Origin: Atractiella rhizophila
Lineage: Eukaryota
Direction of reading: 5' to 3'
DNA: 64,000 nt
Assembly (NCBI GenBank): GCA_021432655.1
Contig: MU271346.1
Coordinates: 1 to 64,000 of the forward strand
Part shown: piece by piece, positions 61,714 to 64,000 of the stretch
How the letters are laid out: the number at the start of each line of letters is the position of its first letter
Numbering within the stretch: position 1 is the first letter of the stretch
Made by a program: the position numbers and the translations under genes
Notes under the pieces: model-generated
The model's input: only the letters and a program-made list of their open reading frames with translations
What the model was told of the DNA's origin: nothing
Databases searched by the model: none

Positions 61714-63557
61714 ATGGAAGATCCTGAAAGTGGAAGGAGAACAAGTGAAGGAGACAAGATAGATCACGATGCCGACGTAGTTGAATATCCAAGACCAACA
61801 ACGGAAAAAACAGAACCTCCCTCCCAACATTCAGAACATCCCAAGGTCGATTGCAATTTACCCCCTACTGATCGAGGATTCAAAGCATGGGCATTCATGG
61901 CGAGTGCATTTCTCATCGAGGTCGTAGTATGTTCAAGTTACTTTTCCGGCTTCCCGTTGCATACTAATTCATTATCCTAGACTTGGGGATTCGCGTTCAG
62001 TTATGGCACTTTTCAGTCGTACTACACCTCCCATGCGCCGTTCGACAACACATCAGGCAGCCTTGTCTCTGCAGTTGGCACCGTATCCATAGCACTTCTC
62101 TTTTCTCTCATGCCTCTTGCCACGTATATTGTTCAAAGGTGGCCAAAATGGGCTCAGGAGATGCGTTGGGTTTCGATGGTTGTTGCTTGGGCAGCGATAT
62201 TTGGAAGCAGCTTTTGTAATCAGGTGAAGTAATGTCATAGTTCCAGATGGTGCTGACAGAATGGATAGATATGGCAACTTCTACTGCTTCAAGGAATAGT
62301 CTTTGGATTTGCCGCTGGGCTCATGTTGGTTCTCATTGGATCGACTCGCCGCCATTGACAATATCACTGAGCAGATATGCGCCTCTCATCCCGTACCTTT
62401 CAGAGTGGTTCATCACTAGACGGAATCTCGCAATTGGTCAGTCTTCGTCATTGTCATCTCTCCACCTCATCTCCCATCTGAGATCTATCACAGGTATCAT
62501 GTTTGCTGGTACGGGTTAGTTGCTCGTTTCGTTTACGGCGATAATCTGCCGACATATTTTCTGGTTCCAGGGACTGGTGGGACAGTATTGCCCCTTTTTC
62601 TTGGAGCTTTACTCGACAGTGTGGGCTTTGGATGGACGCTACGAATTTGGTCTTTCGTCTTCCTTGCCCTCACAAGCATAGGGCTCTTGTTCTCCTCGCG
62701 CCGCTTGCCTCGCGGGTCTAAGTTCTCGACCACGATCGCCGTACCTCCAACCGCTTCGATCATAAGCAAGGAACAGATCAAAAAGTCTCAATGGAGGTTT
62801 CTTTGGAATCCGAAGTTCCAGATTCTTGTGCGCGCTCGTTTTGCTTCTGTCTAACTATCTGCTCATGAGAATGACAGAACACCATTTCTATTCTTTGGGC
62901 TTTAGGCTTCTTTCCTGTCCCCATCTACCTCCCCATCTACACGGAAACCCTTGGGTATCCCCTGATCGTAGGGACTGGCGTTCTAGCAGTCTACAACTGC
63001 TGTCAAGCGATCTCCTTCATAATTTTCGGTTGGATAGGCGACCGATACTCCTATATACGGGTCGGACCGGTATCTTTTGGACTCGCCTCCCTCTTTGCTT
63101 TTTTCATCTGGGGATTCTTGGCTGACAACTTGGGCTGGACATTTGCTTTCGCTTTCTTATACCCCACGGTTGTGAGTTCCTCTGGCCACTTACGCTACAT
63201 GCTCTTATCGACGGAGCACAGATAGGAGGCAACGCATCAATGTGGCCTGCTATGGCTGCTGATGTGTCAAAAAGCGTCTCAGGTCTTTCTCACGCCTCCG
63301 ACGATGTTCCACTCATAGTTTCGACAATTGGAGCGATGCGAGGAATAGCCGCGATCATAGGTCCCATCATTGCTTCCGAACTGTACAAGCGGAAGAATGA
63401 AAAAAGCGATTTTGGAGCCTTTGGATTCAAAGCCTCGATCATCTTCGCGGGCGTATGCATGGGCGCAGCAAGTGTGCTGAGCGTTGTGATGTGGATGCAA
63501 AAGTTTTGGACGACCTCGACATGGTTGCAGAGGTTTCGGAAGTCCTTTTCACGTTGA
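61714..63557 (+). CDS. MFS monocarboxylate-transporter-like (MCT/Mch family) permease
   Basis: LPPTDRGFKAWAF, TWGFAFSYGTFQSYY, YLSEWFITRRNLAIG, FGWTLRIW, GWIGDRY and GIAAIIGPIIA. Confidence 0.9.
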
Positions 63558-64000
63558 TCGATCGAGCCATGCCAGGAGGGCTTCATCGTTTCACGCCTCT
63601 TCTTTCGGGTTGGATGGGCTTTTTGCTTCCTCTGCATGATCATCATTCTATGTGGAAGGTTTTGAAGCACTTGAGTTGCATACGATTTTCAGTTGCATTG
63701 CTGTACGGTTGACGAATCGTTGTCAGAGTTGTTGTACATCACAATCTTTCATTTTGTTTCATAAGTTGAGCAAGGACCCCCACGTGATTTCAAGGAAGAT
63801 CTATTATGACAATTACATCTTACATGATACACAGGGATGATGTAATCATGATGCACTGCTCAGAACAAGATAAAATTAGTGCAAACATCTATTGGTAATA
63901 AGGTTAATGAATCAATTAAGTTAAGAAACCACTTAAGGTTACCAGAGCTTGGAAGAAGGCCACAGAACCACCAGCCACCAGCTCAAATTTCGTCGAAGTT

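Noticed and set aside
63840..64000. AT-rich, TTAA-rich tail of the window
   Set aside because: Could be the edge of a repeat, but it is truncated by the window and has no diagnostic feature.

Overview
This is intron-rich eukaryotic DNA, most likely from a basidiomycete fungus: many ~50-60 nt GT-AG introns with CTRAC/CTAAC branch sites, a Zn2Cys6 factor, and fungal-type GH18 and Whi5-domain genes. It holds about 20 protein-coding genes: two S10 carboxypeptidases, two tandem DJ-1/Hsp31 paralogues, a single-pass cell-surface protein, a Zn2Cys6 transcription factor, a DUF2235 (Tle1-like) alpha/beta hydrolase, PIG-X/Pbn1, a GH18 chitinase, a multi-fasciclin membrane protein, a Whi5-domain protein, two MFS transporters, an Mx-like dynamin, a TPR-SET protein, an NmrA-like protein, a Rad5-like SNF2/RING helicase, a DUF1275 membrane protein, an RNF126-like RING-H2 ligase, an F-box-like protein and orphans. 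Four head-to-tail near-identical duplications (0.6-1.9 kb) cut through genes and are probably concatenated haplotypes rather than real repeats. Best leads: a 1.2 kb structured intron with candidate poison exons in the RING ligase, GATA/Gcn4 site arrays upstream of nitrogen-scavenging genes, the Mx-like dynamin next to a TPR-SET gene with an altered NHSC motif, and the Tle1-like hydrolase that the ORF track misses. No rRNA, tRNA, CRISPR or intact transposon was recognised. CDS coordinates are whole-gene spans including introns, assembled by eye; family calls rest on recognised motifs, not database searches.
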